Shown: positions 28,501-42,337, counted from the whole stretch's first letter. The stretch: DNA of 62,897 nucleotides, filler included, from Platydemus manokwari (GCA_037951405.1; 5 parts of 5 records of this genome joined end to end with filler, not necessarily neighbours in it), one strand, 5' to 3'. Numbers and translations are program-made. The notes: generated by a model not told the origin, from the letters alone.

Positions 28501-31500
28501 TTTTACCGCAACGAACATGATATGCTTTAGATAAATTAATTATTACAAAGTACATATTATCGTTTGAAGGGTATATGATACTATTGATTTAAATATTGAT
28601 AATCTGAGCGGGTAAATAAAAATCTAAGCATTAAACGCGGTTTAGTTTTATAAGGAGTTTTCATGTTTCTAATGTCATAACTTACAATCCTAATTATTAG
28701 CCGTCAATTATTTCTTTCATGTTTTAGAGATAAAACCAAATTGGATGTTTGAATTATTTGGTGATAATTTATAACGGTAATTTATAACAACGCATCAAAA
28801 TCTATGAGCAATAATGAAATGGATGTCAGAATACATATAAGATGAATTGTTATGTTCTTTATATCTTTAGTTCAAGCATGTTTATTTTTTATTTTCGATT
28901 TTTTCTCTTTTATCAATCTACAATTCCAGCTTAAATTTCTTATATATCTTATATTAAATTGTCTAACGTTTAATTTCTTTAGAATGACGAATTAAGCAAC
29001 GTAACAAATAACGAGGCAACTATTGATAATGAACAAACCCATGAAGGAGATACAGTTAAGCCTCGCAGACGTAGAAGAAGAAAAGAGAAGCAAGAATTAA
29101 TCGATGAAAATAATGAAACAAATGTTGTGGACCATGTAATGGATCCTTTAGCCATCGAAGATGATGGCAAAGTACTTAACATTATGGTTCATAGAACTGA
29201 TCGCTTGAAAACAGACTTGAATGTGCTTCATCCAATGATAAGAGTAAACATTATGGATATGACAACAGGACAAGTTATAATAAAACAAAACAGGTGTTTG
29301 AATTTCTGAACTATAATTAATGATTTAATTATTTCAGAGATCGAAAAGTTATATCTTGTAATGAGAACACGGAAAAAGTTACTGTGGTTATGCCTATGAT
29401 GACACAACCATTTGATTTTAAGTCACATAGAGTGACTATCCCGGCCTGGGAAGAATCATTAGTGTTTAATGAGAATGCAAATTATTTAATAAAAAATCCG
29501 AACGTCATTTACTTTTTTGAGGTTTGTTTTCACTTGTAATATTTTTGTAAATAAATTAATTGATTTTGTTTATTAAACCAATAATGCTTTATCATTAATT
29601 TTGATAGGTTCTTGATTTAAATCCTTCTTGTTGTGTTGATAAAACATATCCTATTCAACAAGAATCAAGCGGTTTCCTTCATATAGCTTGGGCATTTTTA
29701 CGACCAATCGGAGCAAATGGTGAGTACAACACTGGTCGCAAAGTTCGATTACAATTGTATGAAAATGGTCCACTGAGATCGAGGGGTGATTCTTATTCAT
29801 CGAGCACATTTTATTGGTGGAAACAAGGACTTCGTCGACCATATCCTTCAACATTATATGTGACGGTTGCGGCGATAACTTTGAATCCAGATATTTCCAC
29901 AGAATATGCTATGCGGTCAATGTTCCCAAATCAAAAAGTAATAATTATATCAATATTTTTATCTTAAAACTATAATGATATATAGGAAGGGACACTAAAT
30001 GGATTGATTGATTCCAATACACCAGGTTTAACGTTGAATAAGCAACAATTCAACTCTGCACTGCAACAATGGTCTAGATTACCTAGTCAAATGTGTCATA
30101 TTCCAAATGTTCCTTATTTGAAATTTCTTTCAGGAGCTGATGGAGCTAATATAATATCATTTTCTCCTGACGGTAATTGGTTGGCTTGTGGTGCAGTCGA
30201 AAGCATGGATAAATTTCCTGTTCTTCTTTATGATGTAATTATGATTTAATTGCTATAAATATGGGATTGATTTCTAATCTTTATTACTTGGATTCATTAT
30301 GATTTCAACTATGTTTTCTAAAACCAATTGTTTACAAGCTTTACTAAATAATTTCTCTTTAATTTTTCATATACTTGTAATGCATTTCATCTTCTAATCA
30401 AGAACTGCTTGTGACTTCCCGCATTTACATGAAATATAAACACAACTTTGATTTGAAAATATATTATAAAAATATCCATGATAAAATTCAAATAAATTAC
30501 GCTAAAACTGGATAAATTTCATTTGTGAAGTAAACTTTAACTAATCAATTGAATCAGCCAGTTTGAATATTGATGGTTTCCTTAATTATTAAGTTAATCT
30601 CAATTTTCAAAATGAACATAGAAAAATAATTATGTCTGTACTTTTTAATAATATTATCTATAATAATAGCTATTGTTATTCTTATTGTTTTAATTATAAT
30701 TTGTAATAAAAAAAAATCATATTTATAATGTTTTAGTCTATATTCTATGGGATATTAAGCAACAATTCTATTCTTAACTAAAAATTTATTGAGATAATTG
30801 GACTATCATTTCAGATGACAAAATTATCTCATCATCCAACAAGTACATTTGCTGGTCACAATAGAATCGTGCATAATTTAGCATGGTGCCACAAGAGTGA
30901 ATTTCTTGCGTCTGCCTCCGCTGATGGCACTTGTAGAGTTTGGCAAATTAAAGTCCATATATCTCAAAAAGAAGATGATCCTCAAAATACCGTTGATCCA
31001 GAGAACAAGGACCATAATCCAATGACAGGTAACAATAATTTTTACTAAATTATAAAAGTCTAATTTATTTAAAAAATTCGTTTGGAGAATTTTGATTAAA
31101 TAATGTTCTTAGTTGAGAGCGGATTTGGATCCAAACGTGTTCTATCTCATCCTTGTTTTGTATATTCATTAGCATTTCATCCCAGAAAAAATACTGTTTT
31201 AATAACTGCCGGTTATGACAAAATTATTCGTATTTGGGATCTCAGAATGAATAAAAAAGAGGTTCATTATAATAATTATTATTATTTCTGTTAATAACTT
31301 TCTTTATTTATCAAGATTTTGCAGCAATTAGAAGGCCACAAGGGATTTATCAATTGTGTTTTGTTTTCTCACGATGGTCGATCTTTATTCAGTGGCGATT
31401 CAAAAGGCGAAATTCATATTTGGAATGTACCTCCGTTTGAACTTAACAATGGTGCCATATATTCTGAAAGGTGGATTCATTCTGATATTATCATCGAACA

Positions 31501-32739
31501 AGATGTCAAGGTTTATTTATATTTCCAACAAAAAATGGTTTAAAGACAATACCTAGGGAGTCATTATTAATCATATGATTTTACACCCAGCTGGCAAAAG
31601 ACTATATGTACATTCAAGAGATGGAAGTATCCGGCTTATAGATCTGAAAATGTATATTTAAAATGTTACTATATTACTATTAATACTTTTTTGTTTTATT
31701 ATTATTCAATTATGATTATTCGAAATAGATTTCGAGTCCTTAATAATACTTATAGCAACTAAACACTAATACAACAAATGAATTAGGAGTTGCTATCAAC
31801 AAAAATTGTCATTTAACAGAACTGTATTCTCATAAATTAATTCTAATAATAAATCCCACCTTGATTTTTCTATTAATATTGGATGTATGCATAGATAAAT
31901 ATATTTGAATTGTAGAGATACACTACTTATAGTTATTTTAAGGGAATGATTTATTGGTATATGGTCATCTTTAATTGTTGATTAGCTAAGTATATATTTT
32001 TGGTTTAATTTAACATTTCATGTATAAATCATGATCGAGTATAAATTATTTTATTATTGTTAAGCAAAGCAATGGTTCTTAAATTTCGTGGTATTGTTAA
32101 CTCGGAGAAAAATCTTCGATGTGCTCTTAGTCCTTGTGGATCATTTTTATTTTGTGGTAATGAGGATTGTAGCTCAGGTTCGCAAGTATATGTTTGGAAT
32201 GCACAAACTGGTAAAAATAATAGGAAATTGTATTTATAATTTTGTAAACTCATTGTGACCTTAGGTGACCATGTTGCAATATTCAAAGAATTGGGATTGT
32301 CAGGGCCCGTATCATCAATTGATTATCATCCTAAATGTCATATGATAGCTTTCTCTGCGGTTGGAAACGAAAGCTCAGTTCTATTATATGTATACATGCC
32401 TGAACGTAATAGCTCTTTATTTATAAATTAATTCAAAACAAACAAATTCTTTTATTAAGAAGCTCAATTTGAAATGGGATATCAATCAGGAAACTCCAGT
32501 CCCGGGAGTCCTAGACTCCAACCCAAACCACCTCAGATGACTATTGATCATATGACAAAACTCGATGATGCTACATATAGGAACGGGTATAAAGACAATT
32601 GTGTTGAAACAAGTTTTTATCCATTATTTTTAGAATTTTGCAAAAGGATGTTAATGAATTTAATTCATTTAAACAAGATTATGAAAAAAGAAGTGCAGAT
32701 CGTCTGACAAGAATATTAAATACTCTCAATACTGTTACA
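25600..32739 (+). CDS. AHI1: Jouberin (Abelson helper integration site 1): charged N-terminus, C2-like domain, WD40 repeats; 3' end uncertain
   Basis: Spliced exons give VLNIMVHRTDRLKTDLNVLHPMIRV, MPMMTQPFDFK...PAWEESLVFNEN, IAWAFLRPIGANG, RRPYPSTLYVTV, WSRLPSQMCHIPN and WD40 repeats (GHNRIVHNLAW, HPCFVYSLAFHP, GHKGFINCVLFS), all characteristic of AHI1. N-terminal small exons 25600-25609, 25655-25684, 25732-25768, 25810-25849, 25918-26034, 26080-26162, 27124-27190 join in frame to 28983. The start is less certain than the core. Confidence 0.92.
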
Positions 32740-32994
32740 GTAAGATATCAAAATATAAATACATTGATTATTGTCACTCCGAAAGCTTCCTGGATTATAT
32801 TTTCCCAATATTGATATAAAAACAATTAATATTATGTAAATAGTTTTATAAAATTAAAAACTATTATAAAAATATTACTACTACTCAAGATAAAAGATAT
32901 AATCAAATTTTAGTCTATTTTTTTTTATAATTTTCCCATGTATATGAAGCTCAACGAAAGCTTCTTTTATATTAGTTTATAGAATATTATAATA

Positions 32995-33068
32995 TTAGGT
33001 TGTCCCATATGAAATGTCCGATTTTTATATATTGAACTTTAAATCAAAATTTTTTAAAAACTACTTAA
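32995..33068 (+). mobile_element. Probable mariner (Tc1/mariner) terminal inverted repeat running into an assembly gap
   Basis: TA followed by ttaggttgtcccatatgaaatgtccgatt resembles mariner TIRs that begin TTAGGT. The partner TIR is not visible. Confidence 0.45.
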
Positions 33069-33168
33069 NNNNNNNNNNNNNNNNNNNNNNNNNNNNNNNN
33101 NNNNNNNNNNNNTTAATTAATTAANNNNNNNNNNNNNNNNNNNNNNNNNNNNNNNNNNNNNNNNNNNN
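33069..33168. other. Assembly gap with artificial TTAATTAATTAA linker
   Basis: 44 N + linker + 44 N. Confidence 0.97.
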
Positions 33169-36100
33169 GATATTTCTGCAGATTTAATTAAAGTAAAATT
33201 AAATTAGTTTCTGAGCTTTCGAGATATATGGAAATAGATTTTAAACGGCTCATTTAATTTACGTCTTTAAATCAGTATGTTTGAGATAATGATAATGTGA
33301 TGAATTATGGTATTATACCTGAAAATAATGTTGTAAAAATGGATAAACGTTGCTCCAGAGAATCGAAAATTTTCACCGAGATCTTTGCACAGATGAGACA
33401 TTGAATTCTAGTAAAATTGGAAAGCATCTGGAAATTGTTATCGAAAATACATTTATGTTTTGAACAAGTTTTTACGCTCTGGGAAATTTCGGTATTGATT
33501 CTCCTAAATTGAGATAAGAAATGAAGAATTTTAAGGAACATTGTTACACAAAAATGAAGAAAATTATAGAAAAGTTTCAGAAGAGCTAAGAAACGAAGCT
33601 TTTATTATTTTCATGTCGATTATGCCTTTCATTTCGGTCAATACACTTTAGGTTAAATATGTATTGATGAAATTCAATTAAGCGATTTTAGCAGATTTAA
33701 ATCAACAAGATATCCTCTACGACTTTTCAAAAACTAAATAGTCTGCATAGAAAAACCGTATTAAATAACTGCAAGCTTAATTGAGAAAGTCTTTGAAATA
33801 GGATGACACTGCTATTAAAAAATACAAATGCAGTGACACCAATGTTAGTTACTGGAAATAGACTGCTTGCACTTATTTTAGATGAGACATTGCACATTTA
33901 CAGGCACAACTACTGAAACATGATACTTGTACAAATGATCTTCCGATCAATGTCAAAGGAAAATTACGCTTTATTGTAGGGGTAACTAAAATTATTTATA
34001 GAATACGAGATAAAATCAAAATGCTTAAAGTATAATATGATTTTAGATCCGCCGATTCAAATAACGAATGATCAATGGATTTCAGTTCTAAACATTAATA
34101 TTGTCAAATTCCCAGAAGAAAAAATGCTTCAATAATTTTAAATATTTTAATATTAATTATTCTATGTATTGTTATAAGAACACAGCATAGCTTCGTATGA
34201 TCATTGAATTTTTAAATTAAACAGACTTACAATGTAGATATAAAATGCAGATATCTTATTAAAATACATTTATCATAGCAGTTAGTTTTTTATGAATTTG
34301 TTAAAGACATTTCACGTTTTGTGGTAAAAAAAAATTGAATTTATATTAATCTATAAACCAAAATAATTAAGATTATTACATTTGTTTCGGCACACACATC
34401 AACAATATGGAAAACAGAAACGACCTTTGCAGATGACAGTTTGCACGATTACTATTACGAGTAAATTAGGTGTATGTACAATCTACTTAAATACCTCATT
34501 TATAGTTTTTTCAATAGTCATCAGGAAGATATTCATCATTAAAAAACCAATAAAATATTTTAATAGAAATAGTACAAGCACTTCCAAGTATTACAGCAAA
34601 AGCTGTTATGGCTGTCAGTAATTTCAATATCACAAAATATTCAAATGAAAAGTTTGATTTTAGAGGTGCCATACTAAGAAAAATTTCTGCAAGAAAAAGT
34701 AGTTTAAAGTTAAGCATGAATTTTATTTGTCGACATTTCTTTGTAGAAGCAATGAACCTACGTTGCTCCCCTTGTGATTTTCATTTTAAAAAAAACACTT
34801 ATATTCTGAATTAAAAATCTGTTTAATTTTTGCATTTGCTTTCCTCTAGAATGATCAACAATACTTTTCAATAACTAAATAATCTCCCACATAAATATTT
34901 ATAAATGACTGCTAAATTTGGACATCACATTTAAATTAGGATGGCTGACAGACTTAAATTTAACTTTTATAAAATCTCAATTTTAATACCGAAATCAATC
35001 CCTTAATTAGTTAATTCAATTAATTGATTAAGATAATCAAATTAATTATTGAACTCTACATCTACTGGAATCACTGCTTCAACTGGATACACAAAGTATC
35101 TTGGATGTAAAAGTGGTTTTAATAAAATTTCTAATTATTATTTGTAATATTGAAAATCAAAACAAATTACATATTTTGGCCTGATAATAAGTCTTTAATC
35201 TGTTGATAGGCCATTAAAAATATGTTACATTCGAATTTCCAGAAATGCACGTGAAAATAAAAATTATAGCACTTTATGTACATAAAAACAGCTTCAAAAC
35301 ATTTTTTGATACATAGATAAATTATCAGTAATAAAAATTTAAATAAATATTAGAAAAATTTGCCCCATTTTGATCCATAATAACAAATATTAAAGCGAAA
35401 ACATTTCTGAAAAAACGTAAATATTCGAGTAAATGTATTATTGAACTTATAAGTATTTAAAAGTTCAATCTTTCAGTGATTAAAATTAAACGACTTGGAG
35501 ATATTTAAAAGAATTCAATCCACTATTGATTTTGATTTACTATCTGTTTCCACTATTTTCATTCATTTTCTTATTAATCAATTATTATATTACATAACAA
35601 TGAAAAACTTCAAATAAAGAATATTAACAAAATGTATTTATACAAATTTTTTTTAAAACAAATGTAACAGTCAACATAGCATCTCCTTTTACCTGCAAAT
35701 AGAAACAAACACAATTAATATGGTTAAAATAATTGATATTAAAAAAAAGATTTAATTATTTCACTAAAAATAATTAACGCTCATCATAATCATCATCATC
35801 CTAATTAAGAGAGCTATTATACTTGCTTAATTAAATTAATTCATTTAAATAAAATTGGAAATAACAAATTATAATAGGTCAATGAAATTCACCTTTCCTG
35901 AAAAATGAAAATTATTTAAATCACTGATTGAAAATGGATTAAAAATTATATCAAATAAACTTACAACAATTGACAATTTAGAAAATATTCTCTCTTCAAA
36001 GCCAAAATTTTAAAAAATTCAAAATGTTTTATCCATTTTTTTCTTATGAAAACATAATTCGTTATATTCCATATCAATCAACAAACTAATATTTTATAAT

Positions 36101-36920
36101 GGTATCACCAGATTTTACAAATACATATTATCCATTGATTATCTTCTTTACATTGGTACATCATATAATCCAAAAGAATATAAAAACCGCTTAAACGTTA
36201 GATTTTAATGCACATATTAAATTATTAATGTTAATTTATATATAATTATTATCATTTCATTATATTATCTACACAATCTACATGATTAAAAATTCGTCAA
36301 AATTTAATAATTTAATTTTCGTAATCAATTTTTTGAGTCAAAGAAAATTAGAAAAAACAAGAGATCATATTTGATTATACATTTATTTCAAAAATATCCA
36401 ATCAAATTATGTTTATATTGTTGTTGCCATGTAATAAATTGCAGCACATTTTCAAAATCGATATCAGCACGTAACTTGGTATTACCAAAATATTGGACAA
36501 GTTTAGAATCGTTGAGCAGAAGCGGTGATGGATCTGGAAGTTTAATATTGATATAATAACCCGGATGGATATAGCCAAACCCTGTTGTCGAAATTTTATT
36601 ATGATATTCAGAAAAATTCATGTATTCGGAATATCACACATTTGTCATTGTTTTGCCAGATAAAACACTCAATTTTATTTTTTGTTAATATTGATTTAGT
36701 ATATTAATATCATCATAATGTCCATCATTACATATTTTTTCAACAAAATAGCCTAGCTATTTTAATTTTCAATAAATTCCTCTGCCACATATGATATAAC
36801 AGAGAATTAAATTAGTACAATTTTTATCAAATTTAATAATCGATAAAAGCACTTACCGTGTTCTCTTTTAATAAGGAAATTACCAAAGGTTTCAGATGCG
36901 CAACTCTCAACAAATCAAAG

Positions 36921-39900
36921 TTAGGACCTACTTCTGTCACGTTTATTCTGCTTTTTACTGCTACTAGTATTTTTATCGCATTTATCATTTTTCCATTTAT
37001 TATCTCTGGAATCAGGAGAATAATTGTGTTTCTTGGATTTCTTATGTGATGATGACGACCCACCATTTCTATCTTTTGATCTTGATCGTCGACGATAATC
37101 AGGAGATCTATGTCGATCACGAGATTTTGATCGTTTACGACTGTGATCACGAGATTTCGATCGGTTTTTATGTTTGGGGGATACATTTTTATTAGTGTCA
37201 TGTGAGGATTTTTTCTTTTCTTTTGATTGTGACTTTTGAGTATATTTATTACTTTGTGATGACGACTTTTTTGTTTCTGTTTTCGTATCAGATTTTCTAT
37301 GACTTGACCACTTTTTTCTACCTATCAGCAATACTAAAAGTAAAAAAAGGATATAGAAAATCACTAACTTTCAGTTGCAACAGGAGCTGGTTCACAGGAT
37401 TCCTTCTCTAGTTCATTATTTTCTTCATCGGATTCATAAACATCGAGTCCTGAACGATCAAACCATAGTATGAGATAATAATTTTTGTCATGATGCACTA
37501 TTTATTAATATTTTTTTGTACAGTATGACAAGACAGTTTTTCACTAAAAATAATCCCCACTTCAGTTTTAATTTTCTTTAATATTTTCTAATTAATGTCA
37601 AAATGTCCTATTTGTTTTTCAACTATTTCCGAGCATCATTTCTTCATATTGTTCAGAATTGATTTGTATATTTTTATAGAGAAAATCAAATCGTAAAATA
37701 CCCAGAATTGGTACCAGAAATAAAATAAACTAAATGCTACACATTATCCAAAAATACAATTTCCAAAACGAATATTTTTGATGGTCTCATTGATTTCCCG
37801 AACAAATATATTATAATTCAACTTTACCAACTTAATTCATTCAGAGAATGATAAATCACATTCTCTAGCATAATAAAAACATTCAGAATATTAAGAAAAT
37901 TCATTGCTGACAAATATGCAATTTTACCACATAAACATTCAATTATAATAAATTATTGGGAAATATTCTTTTTTAATGTCTGATAAAATCATAGAAAGTA
38001 TAAAAAATATTCAAATTATAAATTATTTACTCTGGTAATTTTATAAATAATTTTATAAACATCACAAAAACTATTTGAAATTGGTTTCGTTTGATGATTT
38101 TTGTAACTCCAAACAGACCTGGTTAATATCAAATTACATAGTGAAATGGAAAATTTATGAATTTACACTGGAATTGATCAGAAATTTATCATTTATCACA
38201 CACAATGAATTGATGATGAATTTGATATTCGATTACATTATGAAATATAAATATTAGGAAACAAAAATATTTATTAGGACATGAAATCAAATGTGATATT
38301 TAAAAATCAATCAAAATAAAAAAATGTATGAAAAACTTACCGAGCAAATGACATGCTGAATCAGCCTGATAATCCATCGTTGGAGGATCTATTGATTTAA
38401 CAGTTGTCTCACTAATGCCTATACAGAGGCACAAAATTCAATAAAATTAATATATATGAAACATAAATTCCGATATCAAAATATACGAAACTATTGACGA
38501 ATGTTAACATTATGGACATTTTAAGATTTAAATCAATCTTTTTATCGAGTTCTCGTAATTTAAATATAAATGTAAAAATAATTAAATTACAATTAACAGT
38601 CTTAGAGTCTCTTGCCGCACCTTTCACTTTGGACTTTGGATTAATTTTAGATAATTCTTTAGAAAATGATGAATTGACAATTTCTGAAATCATACTATCA
38701 GTAACTTGTTTCATTACTCCAGTTAATGAGTCCCGAATGATGATAATCTAAAATAAATCGCAATAAACAGAAATAAAACGTCCTCATAGAAAAGAATTAT
38801 AATTTATAATCTACTTAGCAGGTGTCAGATAATAATTTATAAAATAGGAATTCATAACTAATAAATAAATGATTTGAATTGCTTTGAAAAAATTTCAATT
38901 CCTTTAAATATGACATGGAGGAATCACCGATGAATGGCGAAATAATATGAGCAAATTCAGATTAGAGTCATGTATAAGCAATGTATAATTAAACTGAAAT
39001 TCGATATTTTAACCAAGTATAATTTTGAAGATTTGTGAAATCCAGTGATTCAAAAACTATCCATCATATAACAAATCTTGCACATCAAAATGATTAATAG
39101 TTTACTTATCTAGAATCTGGATGATAAAAAAAAAACAAAAATTATTGATTTTTCCAAGTTGAAAGAATTGTTTAAAAAAATAATGATACGCAAGTTGAAG
39201 TTATAAATAAATTCTGTAAATTAAATCGTAATTTTTATTTGTGCATAAAATTTAAAAGAATACAAGTTATATCTGGATATTGTATTGGACAATTTTCTAA
39301 TTTTAGGAATATATCATCAATCTACATAAATGACACATTACGGAAATCTAAAAAATCCGTTTATAAAATTATAGTGTTCTAGATAATCTGGGATGGATTC
39401 ATAACAGGACTTAAGTGACCCAGGCATATATAATTTAATTATTATTGGTTTCGTCCAGGACAAAAACTCCTGAACACTTGTTCTGTTTTAATAGAAGAAC
39501 CGAATGATTCTAAGAGATCTTCTCAAATCAATTTAAATATAAAATTAATAATATAATATAATTCTTAATCAACAATAGATTTCAACTTATGCCGTACTCT
39601 TGAAAATAAAATACCCAATGGAAACCAAGCATCGGCACAACTGGAATTTCAATAAAAGCATAACCAACATGTTTAATATTAACAATAATGGAATAAAGTT
39701 AAATAGAATATATTATATTATTGCAATAATGAGATATAATGAGATACATGAAGTATTCCAATGACCTTGTAATCGAGAAAAGATTTACATATTATTGTCA
39801 CCAAATTTGAAGCTTATTAAAAGGCTCCCCGGTGTATTGCTAGCAAATATATTGAATCGAAACTCAAAATCAAGTAAAATTCGATGGTTTAAAAATACAC

Positions 39901-40402
39901 AATTAAATTGAAATGAATTTCAAAATAAAAATCTATATGCTTTGGAATGGTTTAAAGCACATTCTACGAATTCAAAATTTGACTTTTAATGATGACATCA
40001 TCATGGAATCGTTCTTCTTGACAAAACAAGAATTAATTTTTACAAATTCGATACCAATTAGTTTCTAAATTCGTAATAAAAATATACCTTGAGATTGTCG
40101 AGCTCATTTTCATCGAGCATTTCTATCAAATCTATTAAAGACTTAGATGAATAATCAATTTTATCGAAACCATCATCTTCGTCGTTCAGATTGACATCAT
40201 CAATATCAATTTCCTTCGGTATCCATTGTTATGTTGATTAAACATTTATCAAACAATCAAATAAGTACCGTTGTTGAGGTATCAATGCGATTTGTCGTAA
40301 TAACACTTTTACCTGATATAACCCCATCGATATCTGATTCCTTTATCACATCTTCCATCACAATGTCACCTTCTTCGTCACGTTTCGAATTCACCGGATG
40401 AT
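36921..40402 (-). CDS. PNISR: PNISR (SFRS18)-like arginine/serine-rich protein, 5'-partial
   Basis: Exons 40402-40269, 40213-40088, 38747-38591, 38418-38341, 37449-37369, 37321-36921 splice in frame. An acidic region is followed by LDENELDNLK|IIIIRDSLTGVMKQVTDSMISEI (cf. PNISR ...LLTEILLDVTDEEI), then LLGLDVYESDEE, then an RS/K-rich tail. Upstream exons not found. Confidence 0.75.
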
Positions 40403-41849
40403 CTAAAGATTGAAGTTCAAATAGCTTTAATATGATATTCAACTATAAGTTTAAATATTTGAATCGAATGATTTATCTTTTGTTGCTCGTAAAAAGTCAT
40501 TTAATATGTATCATAACTCATAAAGTGTTTATCAGATAAAAATATAATATTCTCTCTTTATCTTAAAAGAAAGTTAACCACCACATTTAAAATACATTGT
40601 TTTAATCTGAAGTTATGAAATAGATCAAGGAAATGAAGATTAATCGAAATTTAAGAAATATCCCAGGTTAGTTTAATATGATGTCAAACTTCTATAAACC
40701 ACCATACACCCTTAAGAAAGCTTTATAATACCAGAACATTTTTTAATAATCATATCTTAATAACGAATAGAAACTAAGAAATAGGACAATTTAATAAAAT
40801 ACGTGTATGTATCATTGTAGCCTAGATAAAAACAAAATTTATATTAAGAATAAATATAAGTAGTTATTCATTTAGATTCATTCTAACTATTAAGGGTTTT
40901 GTCACTAATCATACTTATATGTGATAAGAGTAGATGTTATTAGAATAAATATTAATCTGTATAAAAATCTTGTTTCATTGGACTCATTTTAGTTCATACA
41001 AATAATTAATTGACAAGGAAACTAATTGAGACATTTTCAAGTATTTTATAATGAAATGTATTATCAATGAAACCAACCCGATAAATTGATAGAAAATTCG
41101 AAATACCTTGAAAGGGTAGGTGAAAGATACATGCACCAATCAGACATATGAGATTGCTGATTGGATCCTCATCGTCAATTAATATAAATAAAAAGATAGA
41201 AACATACATATCATTGATAATATATCAATCAAAATCCTTGAGTTACCATCTTGAAAACTTAACTAGTTACACCAACTTAACTCTGAATTGAGGCTATAAA
41301 ATACACTGATTCTAAATAGAATTTGCAAATCTTTTTCAAATTTATTTAACGAATATATAAATTATATTCATGACACGCTATTGTTAAATTTCGTAAATAA
41401 ATTGATTTCAGATAGATATGATTCTAAGGACATTTCAAATTGAATAGATTACTACAAACTTATAGCAAAAATATGTCCATTTCGGGATGAAAATAACATA
41501 TATTTAAACTATCTGACCGATTTCCCCGTCTCCATTGACAACCTATACACAACTCTGGTTTATTTAATAGAAATTTTGGCTTAAGTTAAGAAAAAGAGTC
41601 CTTTGACCTACTGTCATACAAATGAACTATGCATAATTGTGATGTTTGATTTATTCGTATAATTCAGTTAATATCTCACAGTTTAAGATGTCTAATAGGG
41701 ACAAAACATAATTTTGAAACCAAGTTCCAATTCTAATCACAACACTTCTATATGATTATTTGGGTTTTTTAATTTAAATTTTTATAATTATAAATCGAGT
41801 TAGTTAATTACAAACATGTTTGATAATATCATTGGTTATTTTTATAAAA

Positions 41850-42110
41850 TAATTGAAAAATATGAGCTTCTCACAATTTGCTTCTAATGTTAAAAGGGGG
41901 TCCTCGTTAATTTTCAATAAATTGCAATTCGACCTATTTTGATCAATTTTCCAAATTTCAGGCGATTTTTAAGATCTAGTGTATTTAATATTTGATTTCA
42001 AACAACTAAATTTTTTCATAAGTACTTCAATAAACGATTCAAAATGTTTTCAAATGCAATACACTCAGTGAATTAAAAATTTTATTTTAGAACCTCTTTT
42101 TAACTTTAGC
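41850..42110 (-). repeat. Dispersed repeat, copy C
   Basis: Reverse complement aligns by eye with copy B over >200 bp (aagttaaaaagag...aaaataaaattttt...gagtgtattgc...ttttaacattagaagcaa). Confidence 0.8.
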
Positions 42111-42237
42111 CGAAATTTTAAATAATAAACTTTAAATAATAATTTCTTTAAACTTGATAATAATTAACTGGGTTTTTACTTAGGTCTGATGAAAAATAAT
42201 AAAAAAAAATGGTTAAGATTTGTCTATAATGATAACA

Positions 42238-42337
42238 NNNNNNNNNNNNNNNNNNNNNNNNNNNNNNNNNNNNNNNNNNNNTTAATTAATTAANNNNNNN
42301 NNNNNNNNNNNNNNNNNNNNNNNNNNNNNNNNNNNNN
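42238..42337. other. Assembly gap with artificial TTAATTAATTAA linker
   Basis: 44 N + linker + 44 N. Confidence 0.97.

Noticed and set aside
35660-35692. RKRR-CYVDCYICF-KK as an allatostatin-C-like neuropeptide (C-x6-CF)
   Set aside because: No signal-peptide exon found, there is an extra Cys, and the frame is better explained as an alternative PNISR tail
36833-37411. Overlapping ORFs in other frames or strand over the RS-rich exon
   Set aside because: Shadow ORFs caused by the repetitive codon structure of the RS domain
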